Of a stretch of 64,000 nt of DNA, positions 12,705 to 24,130 are shown piece after piece; within the stretch, counting starts at the first letter, position 1, and each line of letters opens with the position of its first letter. The stretch is taken from contig NC_045696.1 of NCBI RefSeq assembly GCF_009834535.1, forward strand, positions 63,428,001 to 63,492,000, in the 5' to 3' direction. Origin of the DNA: Camelus ferus (taxonomy: Eukaryota). Both the position numbers and the translations under genes were made by a program. Under the pieces are notes generated by a model. It was given only the letters and a program-made list of their open reading frames with translations, had not been told where the DNA came from and searched no databases.

Positions 12705-12915
12705 CTGGAGCTCTAATCAGGAGAAATTGTATCTGTCTGAGTCCTGACTTTACGTGGGTAAATCACCACCACTTTAAGCCTCATTCCTCATCTGTTACTT
12801 AGGGAAAATCATAGTAGAGACTCTTAAATGGATTTGTTATGAGAATTAAATATATGCATTGCAAGCAAAATACTTAGCACAGTATGTGGCACACGGCAAG
12901 TACTCAATACATTTT
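12705..12915 (+). mobile_element. MIR SINE
   Basis: gcctcattcctcatctgt..ttgttatgagaattaaat..aatacttagcacagtatgtggcacacggcaagtactcaata. Confidence 0.8.
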
Positions 12916-14037
12916 AGCTTTGATTTTAATAATATATATGATATTAGTTATGGTTATAAAATATACGGTTATTATTCCCAGCTTGGTGATCATATATATA
13001 AGGGTTTTATGGAAGGTGGTCTTCCCCGTGCTGCTAAGCCCTTCCCACCTTCCTGACTGTGAACAGGGCTTGGCCAGCAGTGTTTCTCATGCTCCTTGAA
13101 GAACAGGTGCAAGTCAGGTCACGACTTCTCCCATCAACCTTCTTGTCAAACTGTAAAGAATGATGGTCTGTTCTCGGAGGTTCCTACTTACTGTGTGGCA
13201 GCTTCCGAATTATACCTCTCTCGTTCAGACAGATTTTTTTTCTTCCTTCTACTCTTTCTTCCCTTCCAAAATACTGCAAGTAAATATCATTTATATTGAT
13301 TTTTTTTTAAACCTGCCCTCTGGGGAGCCCATTTCCATCCCCTGAAAGTCTGGGAGGCCAGCCTCCAATGGTATTTTCCCAAAGGCTGAGTCAAATCTTC
13401 ATTTGTTATGGAAATATTAAATCTTTTTGAAAAACAGCCTCAAGTCTTTGGGACAAACGCTGACACGGGCTGTGTGCACATGCGGAGGACTGAAGGGCAA
13501 AGCCCGGAGGAGAGCAAGGCTTCTATCTGTTAGCTTGGGCGGAGGGAATGAGCCCCAGAAAGAAGGAAAGGAGGAAAGAGGAGGGTCCCAGGCCTGAGGG
13601 GAGACACAGAGTCAGAGATCCATGAGATGAGGACCTAAGAAAAATAAAACAAGGCCAGATTGTCTGTGTAGTTTTCTGATTGTTCAAACTAAGAATATAT
13701 TTGATATGAGGAAAAGTGTATGTAAGGAAAATGGCCTTAATGAGTTGATTGCATCTTTCCAAATTGAAAGCCAGACCCAGGAAATTTCATTCAGGACCTA
13801 GACACATAGTAAGGCTGATTTCTTTCTGACTTTGAGTCATTCTGAATAGCTTGGATTTTCTGCGTGTATTTTGTATATTTTTAAGAAACGAGAAAAACCA
13901 TTGATCTTATGGGTTCTGCTGATACAGTGTTTGAGGACTAGTGTTTATTTAGTGCCTCATATGTGTTAAATATTTAGTAGAGGCTTTATAAATGTGTCTG
14001 AGTCAGCCCTGAAGACGATACTGTGTGGAAGATTCTC

Positions 14038-14120
14038 CCTTCCTTCCTTCCTTCCTTCCTTCCTTCCTTCCTTCCTTCCTTCCTTCCTTCTTCCTTCCTT
14101 TCTTCCTTTTCTTCCTTTTT

Positions 14121-14192
<72 letters not shown>

Positions 14193-14194
14193 TC
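14038..14194. repeat. compound (CCTT)n/(CTTT)n polypyrimidine microsatellite
   Basis: Read directly; explains the SFLP/KKER pseudo-ORFs. Confidence 0.97.
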
Positions 14195-14554
14195 ATGTAT
14201 GTGCTTGAGCTGAAGTAGTGGAATGAGAAGTAAGCTTACTTTTTTGTAATTAACACCATGTTGGAAAGGGTTGCTAATGTTTAAACAAGGGAAATTCAAA
14301 GTGACTTTATAAATAGACGGTCAAAGGAAGTTTAATAGGAATAATTTTAAAACAATATAGCTTGGGAAAATAAAATCAACTCTAGCCATAGACTGTATTA
14401 GCTGGAACATAGGCAGTATTTTAAAAACTGTTTCTTAGAATGAACATGAACATGACACTTCAGTTCTGAGCTTGTTGTTTAACTGAAAAACCTAAAACCC
14501 ACTGGAGGTTCTTAGACCAATAAGAAGTTTCTTCGGGGAGGCACCCAGTATGTT

Positions 14555-14660
14555 TCTTTTTTATGGATGTAGAAAATGAGGCTCGGAGAGGTTAGGTAGC
14601 TTGTCTAAAGTCATGTGACCTATAAGTACAGAAGCTGGGATTCAGACTGGGTCTGGGTCA
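14555..14660 (-). mobile_element. MIR fragment
   Basis: ttatggatgtagaaaatgaggctcggagaggttaggtagcttgtctaaagtcatg..gctgggattcagactggg. Confidence 0.8.
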
Positions 14661-14904
14661 GGCTTACTGTCCAGTCTAGTCCCCCTCTCCAATGTTGTAC
14701 CTCCTCCTCCTGCTTCCATACTTCCTTTGTTCATGAAACTGATTCCTCAGGACCCCTCCCTTTTCCCAGGTACAGCTGCTCAAGGCACTAGGCCAGCGCA
14801 TCCCAGGTGTACAACGAACATTTCTTCGCCTGACAGTCTCCCAGTAACATTGTTAATCCCTTGACCACATCATGATGTCTAACTTTAAAATTAAATTAGT
14901 CAAC

Positions 14905-15945
14905 GTCTTTTTAGTTTTCATATTTATCAAAGTTTCACAGGCACGTAATTTGGAGAGTCAAATAGTTCTACGAGGGTTGCCGTTGACATGCTTGTGCTTC
15001 TGTCCTGATTTTTCAGCTTTAAGCATTGACTCTGGAATTCCCACTAGGAAAGGTGCGTTTTGCTCTTTCAGCCCCTGTTCTAGCCAGGCCCCCTCACATG
15101 CACACTCCTCTTCCAGTCCACATCCTTCCAAGATTGTCAAATGCGAATATAATTTATTCAAAACTCTGTGTTTACATTGTTAAAAAACCAAAATTTAACC
15201 CAGTAAATGTTAAAGATCTAGCTGGCTTTGTTCAACGATTCATGAATCAGGCACATCCAATCTAGCAGACAAAAAGGCATTCTGAGAGGTTGTGTAAAAT
15301 GAAACACTTATAGGCAGAAGGGAGTAGAAACAGGAACCAGGAAGTCATACTAGGAAGGTTCCTTTCAGGGGTGGCGGGGGTCTGTCAGGCAATTCTTGAT
15401 GGACTGGTTTCAGATTCCCTTTCTGGGAGAACCGAAACTGTAATTAAGTCTTGGTTTGGTGACATGGGGCTTAGCATAAGCAACTCCATTTGGGGCCTGT
15501 TGTCTTGTTTTTAACAACATTATGAAAATATAAATTATATTTTTAATGGAGCCCTTCGGTAGACTGTGATTACTTTTCCTTTCCTGGAGTTAGTAACTGT
15601 CTTCTTTTTTCATTTGCTTTGTTTCCTTGGTATTAAGCAATAATTAAAGTTCAGACTCTTTGCCAAAGATCTAAATCCCCTCCCCAGGTACTTGAATGAT
15701 CAAGTCTTCTATCAAACTCAGCTTGGTTCAGGCCTCCCCCAGAGGGAGGTCTGCCCTGCAGTGGTCTGGGCGGGGCCTCCAGGCCCCGGGTCCTCCCGGG
15801 ACCCCCTGCCGCGCCCTGGGGTTCCCTTCACTGCCCTGCTGGGCTGGAGTCCTGCTTCCTACATCCTGGTCTTCCTCTTTCTTGGTTTACTCTTGAATTT
15901 GTGAGGCCCTTACTTTCCAGTCACTTCATGAGAAAGGGGCCTGCA
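14905..15945 (-). mobile_element. ancient HAL1/L1M-like fragment, interrupted by a solo LTR
   Basis: Segments such as gagtcaaatagttctacgagg, ttcttggtttactc and cttcatgagaaagggg resemble recalled HAL1 consensus; highly diverged. Confidence 0.45.
15178..15516. mobile_element. ERV1-class solo LTR (339 bp)
   Basis: 9-bp terminal inverted repeats TGTTAAAAA...TTTTTAACA; perfect 4-bp TSD acat (15174-15177, 15517-15520). Orientation not established. Confidence 0.85.
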
Positions 15946-16254
15946 GCCATGCGTTTTTAATCTCAGCATCTCCAGCACTTGGCATCATAGTTGCTCCATA
16001 AATGTTTGTTAAACTGATGAAAGGATAAAAGAAGAAAGGAGGACAGGAAGACGTCAGCAGGGAAAAAGTTATCACACGTCTAAGTGAGAAAAGGGAAACA
16101 ATAAATCCTGATAATCGGATGTTTAAATGACTGGCCTAAACGTTTCATTTATGATTTGCATAAGTAATAATGAAAGTTCACAGGACCAGCTGGATTTAGG
16201 GAACTCTTCTCATCTTTTCAAAAGCCAGTCTGGCACCGGCGAAAGCATATAGGC

Positions 16255-16480
16255 CGTGAATGAATTATCTAACCTTTTTGTGTCTCTGTTTTCTTGTCCA
16301 TAAAAAATCGGGATGATTATACCTACGTAAACTGTTGTGTTGAGTGACAACTAATTGTTGCTGGGCACATTCACCAGTCATCTCATTAAAAGGACATGTA
16401 AATTAAATTAAATCAGACCTTTTGTATGCAAGACTACCTAGCTCGATGCCTAGCATTTGTAGCACTTGGTGAATGAAAAT
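16255..16480 (+). mobile_element. MIR (degenerate)
   Basis: gaattatctaacctttttgtgtctctgttttcttgtccataaaaaatcgggatgattatacctac..gcctagcatttgtagcact. Confidence 0.6.
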
Positions 16481-17779
16481 GGTTATTAAAAGCTTAGATT
16501 TGGGTTCAGATGTGGTGGTGAGATGCCCCTTCTAATCTTGGCTTTCACTGTGACTCACTGTGTGCCCTTCAGCAAGTCCCTCCCCATCTCTGAGCTTCAG
16601 TGCTTCCTTCAGTAGAGTGTGGATGGTGGCTCACCCCCACCCCACCTCTGTCATGCTATACTCTTGTTCTGTAAAACGTCCGTCCCGGAACTGGCTCCAG
16701 CCAGCTGCTGTGAGCACAGTTTGCAGATCGATGCTATCTCTGGCCCTGGCTCCCGCCTCCTCCAGGACTGGGGCTGTGGTGGGTGTCCTGAGGTTGACTA
16801 GAAAGAAGTAGTACCTTCTTCTGATGTGTAATGCCAGACAGATCCGGCCTTGGCTCCAGCCAACACCAGGGAAGTGGACTTCATCATAAAAGCCACCTTG
16901 TCAGTGTCAGTCTGGGGTGATTAATGACTCTTTAATCCCACAGCAGAATACCTGACAAAATAAGCTTGGGCCAAAAAGGCAGAACAAACCTAATTAGCCT
17001 GGTCGAGCCACTCACAAGGTGTGGGTTGCTAAGGATCCCAATGGCTTGGAAAGGAAGCCTCTCCCTTTAGGTCTGTGAAAGCGTCAAGTGGCCACAATGG
17101 GGAAGGGACTCCATTAAAAGGAGGGGGCCGGCCAATGAATAAACATGCAGGTTACCGTGTTGGTATTTCACTGAATGCCGTTCTGAAGTGGGGTGCTTGG
17201 GGCCTCGGAGGCCGGTGCCCCCGGTATTGTGCTGGGGGAGGGACTGGCCATTTGAAGTCAAGGTGAGGACATACTGGGGGCAGATGGAACCTGCTTTGTT
17301 TGTGAAAGAGTTTTTCTGCTATTTATGCTAATGAGTGGGAAACACTTCTCAAGCATTTCAGATGATTCTGTAATGAGGCCAGGCAGAATGTGCCAACATT
17401 GTTGGCCCGGGACGATTTTAAACTCCCACTCGCCACATTAGCAGCCCCTTTCTTTACATGAAGGCCCTTGGAGGGTGAAAGGGGACAATGAAGGAAGAGT
17501 GAAAACATCACAAAGAGACGCTTTTGTTTCGCGTTCCTTTGAACCCTCTCAAAAGCCCGGTTTCAAGGGGTGTGTTGGGCCTGCCTTTCAACGTTACTGA
17601 ACCCAGAATCCCTGTTGTTTAGCAACATAGAAAGCTGACCTTAATTGACTCCACTTCTGAGCAGGCTTTGTAAATCACTCTGCCCCAGAGTGAAATTTCC
17701 TGATGGGGTCTGTATGTGATATAGACCATGTAGACACACGGTACCAGCATGCCAGTGAATACGCACGCCTTTGCGAGTG

Positions 17780-17975
17780 CCCAGTGATTTCCAGTTTACA
17801 GCCCACTTTACGTCGTTGTCCAGTTTAATTCTCACAAGCAACCTACCACCGGATGAGGAGTCGTTGCTCTTATTTTATAGAGAAGAGAACTGAGGCACAG
17901 AGAAGTTAGGTGACCTGCTCCGAATCCCACACTGAGTTAAAATCAGAGTTGTGAGCAGAACGGCGCTCTCCCTGG
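17780..17975 (-). mobile_element. MIR SINE
   Basis: tttaattctcacaag..attttatagagaagagaactgaggcacagagaagttaggtgacctgc. Confidence 0.8.
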
Positions 17976-18461
17976 CTTCTTCCACTCTGGCACAGATATT
18001 CCTGGGATTGGAGAGCATGCATATGTGTGTGCCAGAGAGACATCTCCTGTGATGAGTTTCTCAAAAACATCATTTTTTGGAGAAAGAAGAGCATCACTAG
18101 ATGATGGTGCCGTTTTGCATTCCTCCCCTAATTACTGGTCATGATAGCATTTCCTGGACCAGATTTCTCCTTTCCCTGTACCTTAGCTGTGCCCAGCTTA
18201 TTTGTACCCCACTTTCCTTGCTCCTCCCCAAGTCACCCAGCTACAGACACGTGACTGTCCCGTAGTGCAGTACTGGACATCCCATCTTCCCTACGGGATG
18301 GCACTTTCCTGAGTCTTACCAGTTTTGTTAAGGGTGTTGTGAGGAAGGGGGTCCACACTGGAGCTCACCCAGAAGTTTGGCTACAGTTCAGGCCTGAGAA
18401 AAATGTGTACACTCTTAAAGCCACTGGACTAGTAATAATCAAAGTTGACTTTGGCTTCTGA

Positions 18462-19430
18462 CTGGAGCCAGCTTCACTGGCATGTGACCTGTGCTTGGTT
18501 TTTTGCTCTGCTGCCATTGTGTTGACATGCTTAATAATTTTATCTTGGAGCTTCTGCTTTGTAAAGTGAAGTCCAAAGAGATGGTGGAGCAAGGGAGATG
18601 CAGGAAGCATGCTTGTCCACGGGGATTCCTTGCTCCCCATATTCACACAATACGCTCCATGCCCCAGGAGTCTGGAATCCCAGTGGCCCCACAATCAAGG
18701 GAGTTCGGTGACACTCAAAGCAAAGTAAGTGTGCTATGTCTGTAAGTGAGTAAGGGGGACGCCGGTGGCCCTGAGAGACCACACTTTCTGTTCCCAATCA
18801 GAATGGAACACATTCTGCAGAAAGAAGACAGCGATGTTCTAAGAGACATGACTGACCAGAGAATCCCATCGTATCTCTTTTTACTCATGGGACTTCCCCA
18901 TAGTGGCCAAGCATTTACGCTGAAAATGACGACAGAAGGAGAGGGAGAGAGGGTGCTGCAGAGTTGCCTGTCCTTTCAGCAGCCTTCTCAGTAAGCCAGA
19001 GGCAGAGAGCTGCGGGAATGTGTGTGTATTTTGAAGTGAAATAGACAGCTGAGTTACTTTGGAGTGGCACTTCTGCTGTTCTAGTAAGAACAAAACACAT
19101 GCACGCATGGGATACAAAGTCAAAATTCTTTCATTTCGGTGATTCTGCATAGGATTTAGAGGCTCTTCTGTTTGCATAAATCTGGAATTGTACAATCTAC
19201 AGATAAACAGTAAAACTCATGCCAAAAATTTAAAAATGTAATTTTGCTCTACTTAGAATGACAGTAAACAGCAAGTCAAAACTACCGTGACAAGTTGAGA
19301 GCGAGCCCACAGAAGAAAGGAAAAGCTTTATATTTTAGAACCTCTAATGGCACCCTTTCCCCAACTTGTTGAACAAGGGGCTCTATACTTGCATTTTGCA
19401 TTGGGTCCTTCAAATTATGTCGCCAGTTGT
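18462..19430 (+). mobile_element. MER45B-like non-autonomous hAT (Tip100) DNA transposon
   Basis: Ends match recalled MER45 termini (gccagcttca..gtgacctgtgc..ttaataatttt; ttgaacaagggg..cattttgcattgggtcc..caaattatgt.gccag) around a ~0.85 kb internal segment. Confidence 0.8.
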
Positions 19431-19482
19431 TTCCAACCAAAGACATACAGAAAGTGAATTTTAGGTGTTTTAAAAAATGTTC

Positions 19483-19827
19483 ATGATATGATACTTTTAT
19501 GTGGAATCTAAAAAAAAACATGATACAAATCTTATTTACAAACCAAAAATAGTCTCACAGACATAGAAAACCAACTATGGTTACCAAAGGGGAGAGAGAG
19601 ATGAGGATAAATTAGGAGTCTGGGATTAACAGATACACAGTACTATATATAAAATAGATAAACAACAAGGACCTAAGGTATAGCACAGAGAACTATATTC
19701 AATTTCTTATAATAACATATAATGGAAAAGAATCATGAAAAAATATATATGTATATCTGAATCACTTTGCTGTACACCTGAAACTAACATTGTAAATCAA
19801 CTACACTTCAATTAAAAAAATTTTTTT
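19483..19827 (+). mobile_element. 5'-truncated L1, 3' UTR (cetartiodactyl type)
   Basis: atgtggaatctaaaaa..ctcacagacatagaaaac..ataaacaacaaggacc..tgtaaatcaactacacttcaattaaaa; TSD aaatgttc at 19475-19482 and 19828-19835. Confidence 0.9.
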
Positions 19828-20106
19828 AAATGTTCTGTGATCACAGATCTCATGATTAACTCAAAAGGGCTGCTCTGTTAATGGTGCTGGGTGGGACTGT
19901 GGCATGTGCCGTGATGCTCTGTGGGCAGAGGGTGGTGTGGTGGGGGCCACTGTGGATGTGCTCCCTATGTGAACATGGATAAGAGGTTCCTCCCAAGCTG
20001 TGTTCTTAATCTGCAAACTAGTGATAACATGTGCTTTGTACATTGGTCAGGGGTTCCAGTAAAAGAGTAGATACAAAGATATTCTGAACAATTTAAAGTG
20101 TTGTGC

Positions 20107-22008
20107 TCAAAAATCAGTTGCATTTCTTTACACTAACAACGAATCAACAGAAAAAGAAAGAAACAATCCCCTTTAAAATAGCACCCAAAGTAATAAAATA
20201 CCTAGGAATAAATCTAACCAAGGTGGTGAAAGAATTATACACAGAAAACTACAAACCATTGATGAAGGAAATTAAAGTAGACTTTAAAAAATGGAAAGAT
20301 ATCCTATGCTCTTGGATTGGAAGAATCAATATTGTTAAAATGGTCACACTGCCCAAGGCAATCTACAGATTTAATGCAATCCCTATCAAATTACCCAGGA
20401 CATATTTCACAGAACTAGAACAAATCATAATAAAATTTATATGGAACCATCAAAGACCTAGAACTGCCAAAGCATTACTGAAGAGAAAGAAAGAGGCTGG
20501 AGGAATAACTCTCCCAGACTTCAGACAATACTATAGAGCTACAGTCATCAAGACAGCATGGTATTGGTACAAAAACAGACATACAGACCAATGGAACAGA
20601 ATAGAGAGCCCAGAAATGAACCCACAAACTTTTGGTCAACTAATCTTTGACAAAGGAGGCAAGAATATACAATGGAATAAAGACAGTCTCTTCAGAAAAT
20701 GGTGTTGGGAAAACTGGACAGCAGCATGTAAAGCAATGAAGCTAGAACCCTCCCTTACACCATACATAAAAATCAACTCAAGATGGATCAAAGACTTAAA
20801 CATAAGACAAGATACAATAAACCTCCTAGGAGAAAATATAGGCAAAACATTATCTGACATACATCTCAAAAATGTTCTCCTAGAACAGTCTACTCAAGCT
20901 GTAGAAATAAAAGCAAGAATAAACAAATGGGACCTAATGAAAATTACAAGCTTCTGTACAGCAAAGGAAACCATAAGTAAAACAAAAAGACAACTTACAG
21001 AATGGGAGAAAATTTTTGCAAATGAAACTGACAAAGGCTTGATCTCCAGAATATATAAGCAGCTCATATGACTTAATAAGAAAAAAACAAACAACCCAAT
21101 CCAAAAATGGGCAAAAGACCTAAATAAGCAATTCTCCAAGAAAGACATACAAATGATCAATAAGCACATGAAAAAATGCTCAATATCACTAATTATCAGA
21201 GAAATGCAAATCAAAACTACAATGAGGTATCACCTCACACCAGTCAGAATGGCCATCATTCAAAAATCCACAAATGACAAATGCTGGAGAGGCTGTGGAG
21301 AAAAGGGAACCCTCCTGCACTGCTGGTGGGAATGCAGTTTGGTGCAGCCACTGTGGAAAACAGTATGGAGATTCCTCAAAAGACTAGGAATAGACTTACC
21401 GTAGGACCCAGGAACCCTGCTCCTGGGCATATATCCAGAAGGAACCCTACTTCAAAATGACACCTACACCCCAATGTTCATAGAAGCACTATTTACAAGA
21501 GCCAAGTCATGGAGACAGCCTAAATGTCCATCAACAGATGAGTGGATAAAGAAGAGGTGGTATATTTATACAATGGAATACTATTCAGCCATAAAAACCG
21601 ACAACATAACGCCATTTGCAGCAACATGGATGCTCCTGGAGAATGTCATTCTAAGTGAAGTAAGCCAGAAAGAGAAAGAAAAATACCATATGAGATCGCT
21701 CATATGTGGAATCTAAAACAAACAAAGCATAAATACAAAACAGAAATAGACTCATAGACATAGAATACAAACTTGTGGTTGCCAGTGGGGTGGGAGGTGG
21801 GAAGGGATAGACTGGGATTTCAAAATTGTAGAATAGATAAACAAGATTATACTGTACAGCACAGGGAAATATATACAAGATCTTACGGTAGCTCACAGAG
21901 AAAAAAATGTGACAATGAATATATATATGTTCATGTATAACTGAAAAATTGTGCTCTACACTGGAATTTGACACAGCATTGTACAATGATTATAAATCAA
22001 TAAAAAAA
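20107..22008 (+). mobile_element. relatively young 5'-truncated LINE-1 (1.9 kb)
   Basis: Perfect 13-bp TSD taaagtgttgtgc (20094-20106, 22009-22021); ORF2 C-terminal region, 3' UTR, AATAAA and short A tail. Confidence 0.96.
20108..21716 (+). pseudogene. LINE-1 ORF2p C-terminal remnant
   Basis: ORFs 20103, 21153 and 21474 share one frame ([38 protein letters not shown]), broken by TGA 21069-21071 and TAG 21402-21404; frameshift near 20158 ([10 protein letters not shown] is in another frame). Confidence 0.93.
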
Positions 22009-22884
22009 TAAAGTGTTGTGCATGTATAAAGAACTTTATAATTTTCAATACTGTTTAAAAACTGCAAAGCAGGACCCATGAACACTGCTGTCTTTGTTCC
22101 CTCTGATCTGCAAATTAATTTTAAATGAAATCCAAATTCACCTTTTCTTTTACGCAAATTTGTTAATAACTGTTTGGAAGAGAGTATGGAACTTCAATAT
22201 ATTCACATCTTTTTTACCCCTTTGTGGTTAATACAATATACACTGATGTTTTTAAAGGCAAGAGTGGTTTGGCTGAGGCAAGGAAGTTTTACTCTATAGA
22301 AAAAAAGCAAAAAAACAAAATATAAAGTAGTTTTTACAGTATTCTGTGATTACACAGCTGTCAAAACTGTGCGTAGAAAAATGACAAGGAAATAAACCAA
22401 AAGTCCAACAATTAGATCAATAAACAACTTGGTACAAGAGGACAAATGAGCCCTAATCACATAGGGCCCTATAACATGGTCTACTGTTTTTATCACACAG
22501 TTTGGGTAACTCCTGGATTCAAATAAGTTTGTCCGAATGTAACAGCTGCTCACAGGCCAAGTCTGATTGATCAAACCACTGAGACCACAGCAAATATGCT
22601 AATCATATCCCTCCAGTACCAGCATAATGAATAGTTCTCTGCCATATAGTGAGGACTTTACCATAAATGGCAGACTGATAGAGAAGAATAATGGTTTTAC
22701 CGGGCACGAAAACATTCTGCCCTTGCGTCCCAAGGTGAAGCAGCAGATCCAAACTCTCAAATACTTGTTCCAAGTCCACACCAGCACAGCAGCTGACCGG
22801 TGAATTATGGTTTCATAGTTTATACCTCATTTTATTCTCCTTTTAGACCGCAAGCACTTTAAAGCCAGAGTCATCAAATTCATC

Positions 22885-22975
22885 TCTTTCTTCCCTGGCA
22901 CGTGCCAGTGCACCTACAGGGCCTGGCACGTGGTAGGAGCTCAGAGATGTGAATTCAAGCATTTTGAGTTGACTT
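22885..22975 (+). mobile_element. L2 3' terminus
   Basis: ccagtgcacctacagggcctggcacgtggtaggagctcag. Confidence 0.65.
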
Positions 22976-23244
22976 AAATGATGGTCAACACTCATTTTGC
23001 TGAGATAGCTATTCTTATTCATGAAGGACCCCAGGCTGGCCCAGATCAGTCCTGGTGGATGCCTCCTGCCCACCCGAGTGGGAGAAACAGGGGTACAACT
23101 TGTACTTTCCAGGGAAGATGTACAAACCAGAAACTGTCAAGTCCCAGAAATTCTTCCGTGTCTTGACTAAGACCACACTGTATGGCCTCAGGCTATCCTT
23201 GCTTTGCAGCCCTGTTTGAAATATACCCTTTGGTATATATGGAA

Positions 23245-23732
23245 TATAATACCCTTTGACCCAGCAATGAAAACTTGTGCAAGGCTGTGAGTAGCAGCTG
23301 CATTAATAGCAGCCTCAAACTGGAAACTCTCCAATGTTCATCAGCAGGAGAATGGGCAAACAAAATGTGTTGTAGCCTTACTAGGAAATACTACTCAGCA
23401 ATAAAAAGGAGCAAACGCTATGGGTGGATCTTAAATGCATGTCAAGTGGAAGAAGCCAGCCACAAGAGTCCATACTGTAGGATTCCATTTAAACGCAGTT
23501 CTAAACAGACACAACCAATCTAGAGGGATGGAAATCAGAACAGTGACTGCCTGGGGTGGGGGTGGGGTGGTTTGACTAGAAAAAGGGCAGAAGGAACCTC
23601 TCTCTGGGGTGATGAATGTATTCTCCATCCTGACTGGGCTGGTGCTTACATAGGTTCCATTTGTCAAAACTCATTGAACTGTACACTTAAAAATCTGCAC
23701 ATTGTATTGTTTGCTAAATTAACCTTCAATTA
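23245..23732 (+). mobile_element. ancient L1M (L1ME-like) 3' end
   Basis: aaactggaaac..caatgttcatcagcaggagaatgg..tactactcagcaataaaaagga..tttgtcaaaactcattgaactgtacacttaaaa. Confidence 0.85.
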
Positions 23733-23989
23733 CCCCCTCCCCCGACTCGAGTATTTGGGGCTGAAGCCTTTCCATGGCTGGCTGTCCCCAGGCTCAGATA
23801 CTGGCAGGGGAAGTCGTGATTCCTGCAGCTGTGGCCACACTGCAGATTTCCTCACATTTGAGGGGGCAGCCCCAGCACGTGGCCCATTTCTCATGCAGGC
23901 ACTTTGCTGGCTCTTGGTGAATGCCTGTCTCTCCCGGGGCCCCTGGAAGATGCTCATCCTTCCTCCCTTTAGCAAATGTCTTCAGATCT

Positions 23990-24130
23990 CAAGTTTTCTC
24001 TGCGTTTTCTCTTCTCCAGGCTAATCCTCAGTTTTTCCATTCATGCTTCACTGAACATGGTTTCCAAATCCTTCCTCCCCAGCGTGTCCCTCCTCTGGAT
24101 CCGGTCCAGCTGCCCAGGGCCCATTTAAAC
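23990..24130 (-). mobile_element. L3/CR1 fragment
   Basis: ttctcttctccaggctaa..acatggtttcca..ccctcctctggatccggtccag resembles antisense CR1. Confidence 0.6.

Noticed and set aside
13966..14299. KKER/SFLP ORFs (also at 41119-41386, and HT/CV repeats at 2798-3337 and 43347-43958)
   Set aside because: Translations of microsatellites.
16630..16900. ~89-codon stop-free frame on the minus strand
   Set aside because: No early start codon, no convincing splice sites, no recognisable protein.
20103..21071. 322-aa ORF as a host gene
   Set aside because: It is a truncated LINE-1 ORF2 fragment inside a TSD-flanked insertion; the start is a GTG from flanking DNA.
22627..22803. 58-aa ATG ORF (MNSSLPYSEDFTINGRLIEK...)
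   Set aside because: Length expected by chance and no recognisable family; would need PhyloCSF or Ribo-seq support.
23223..23258. Direct repeat ataccctttg x2
   Set aside because: Small local duplication at the edge of an old L1M; no array structure.
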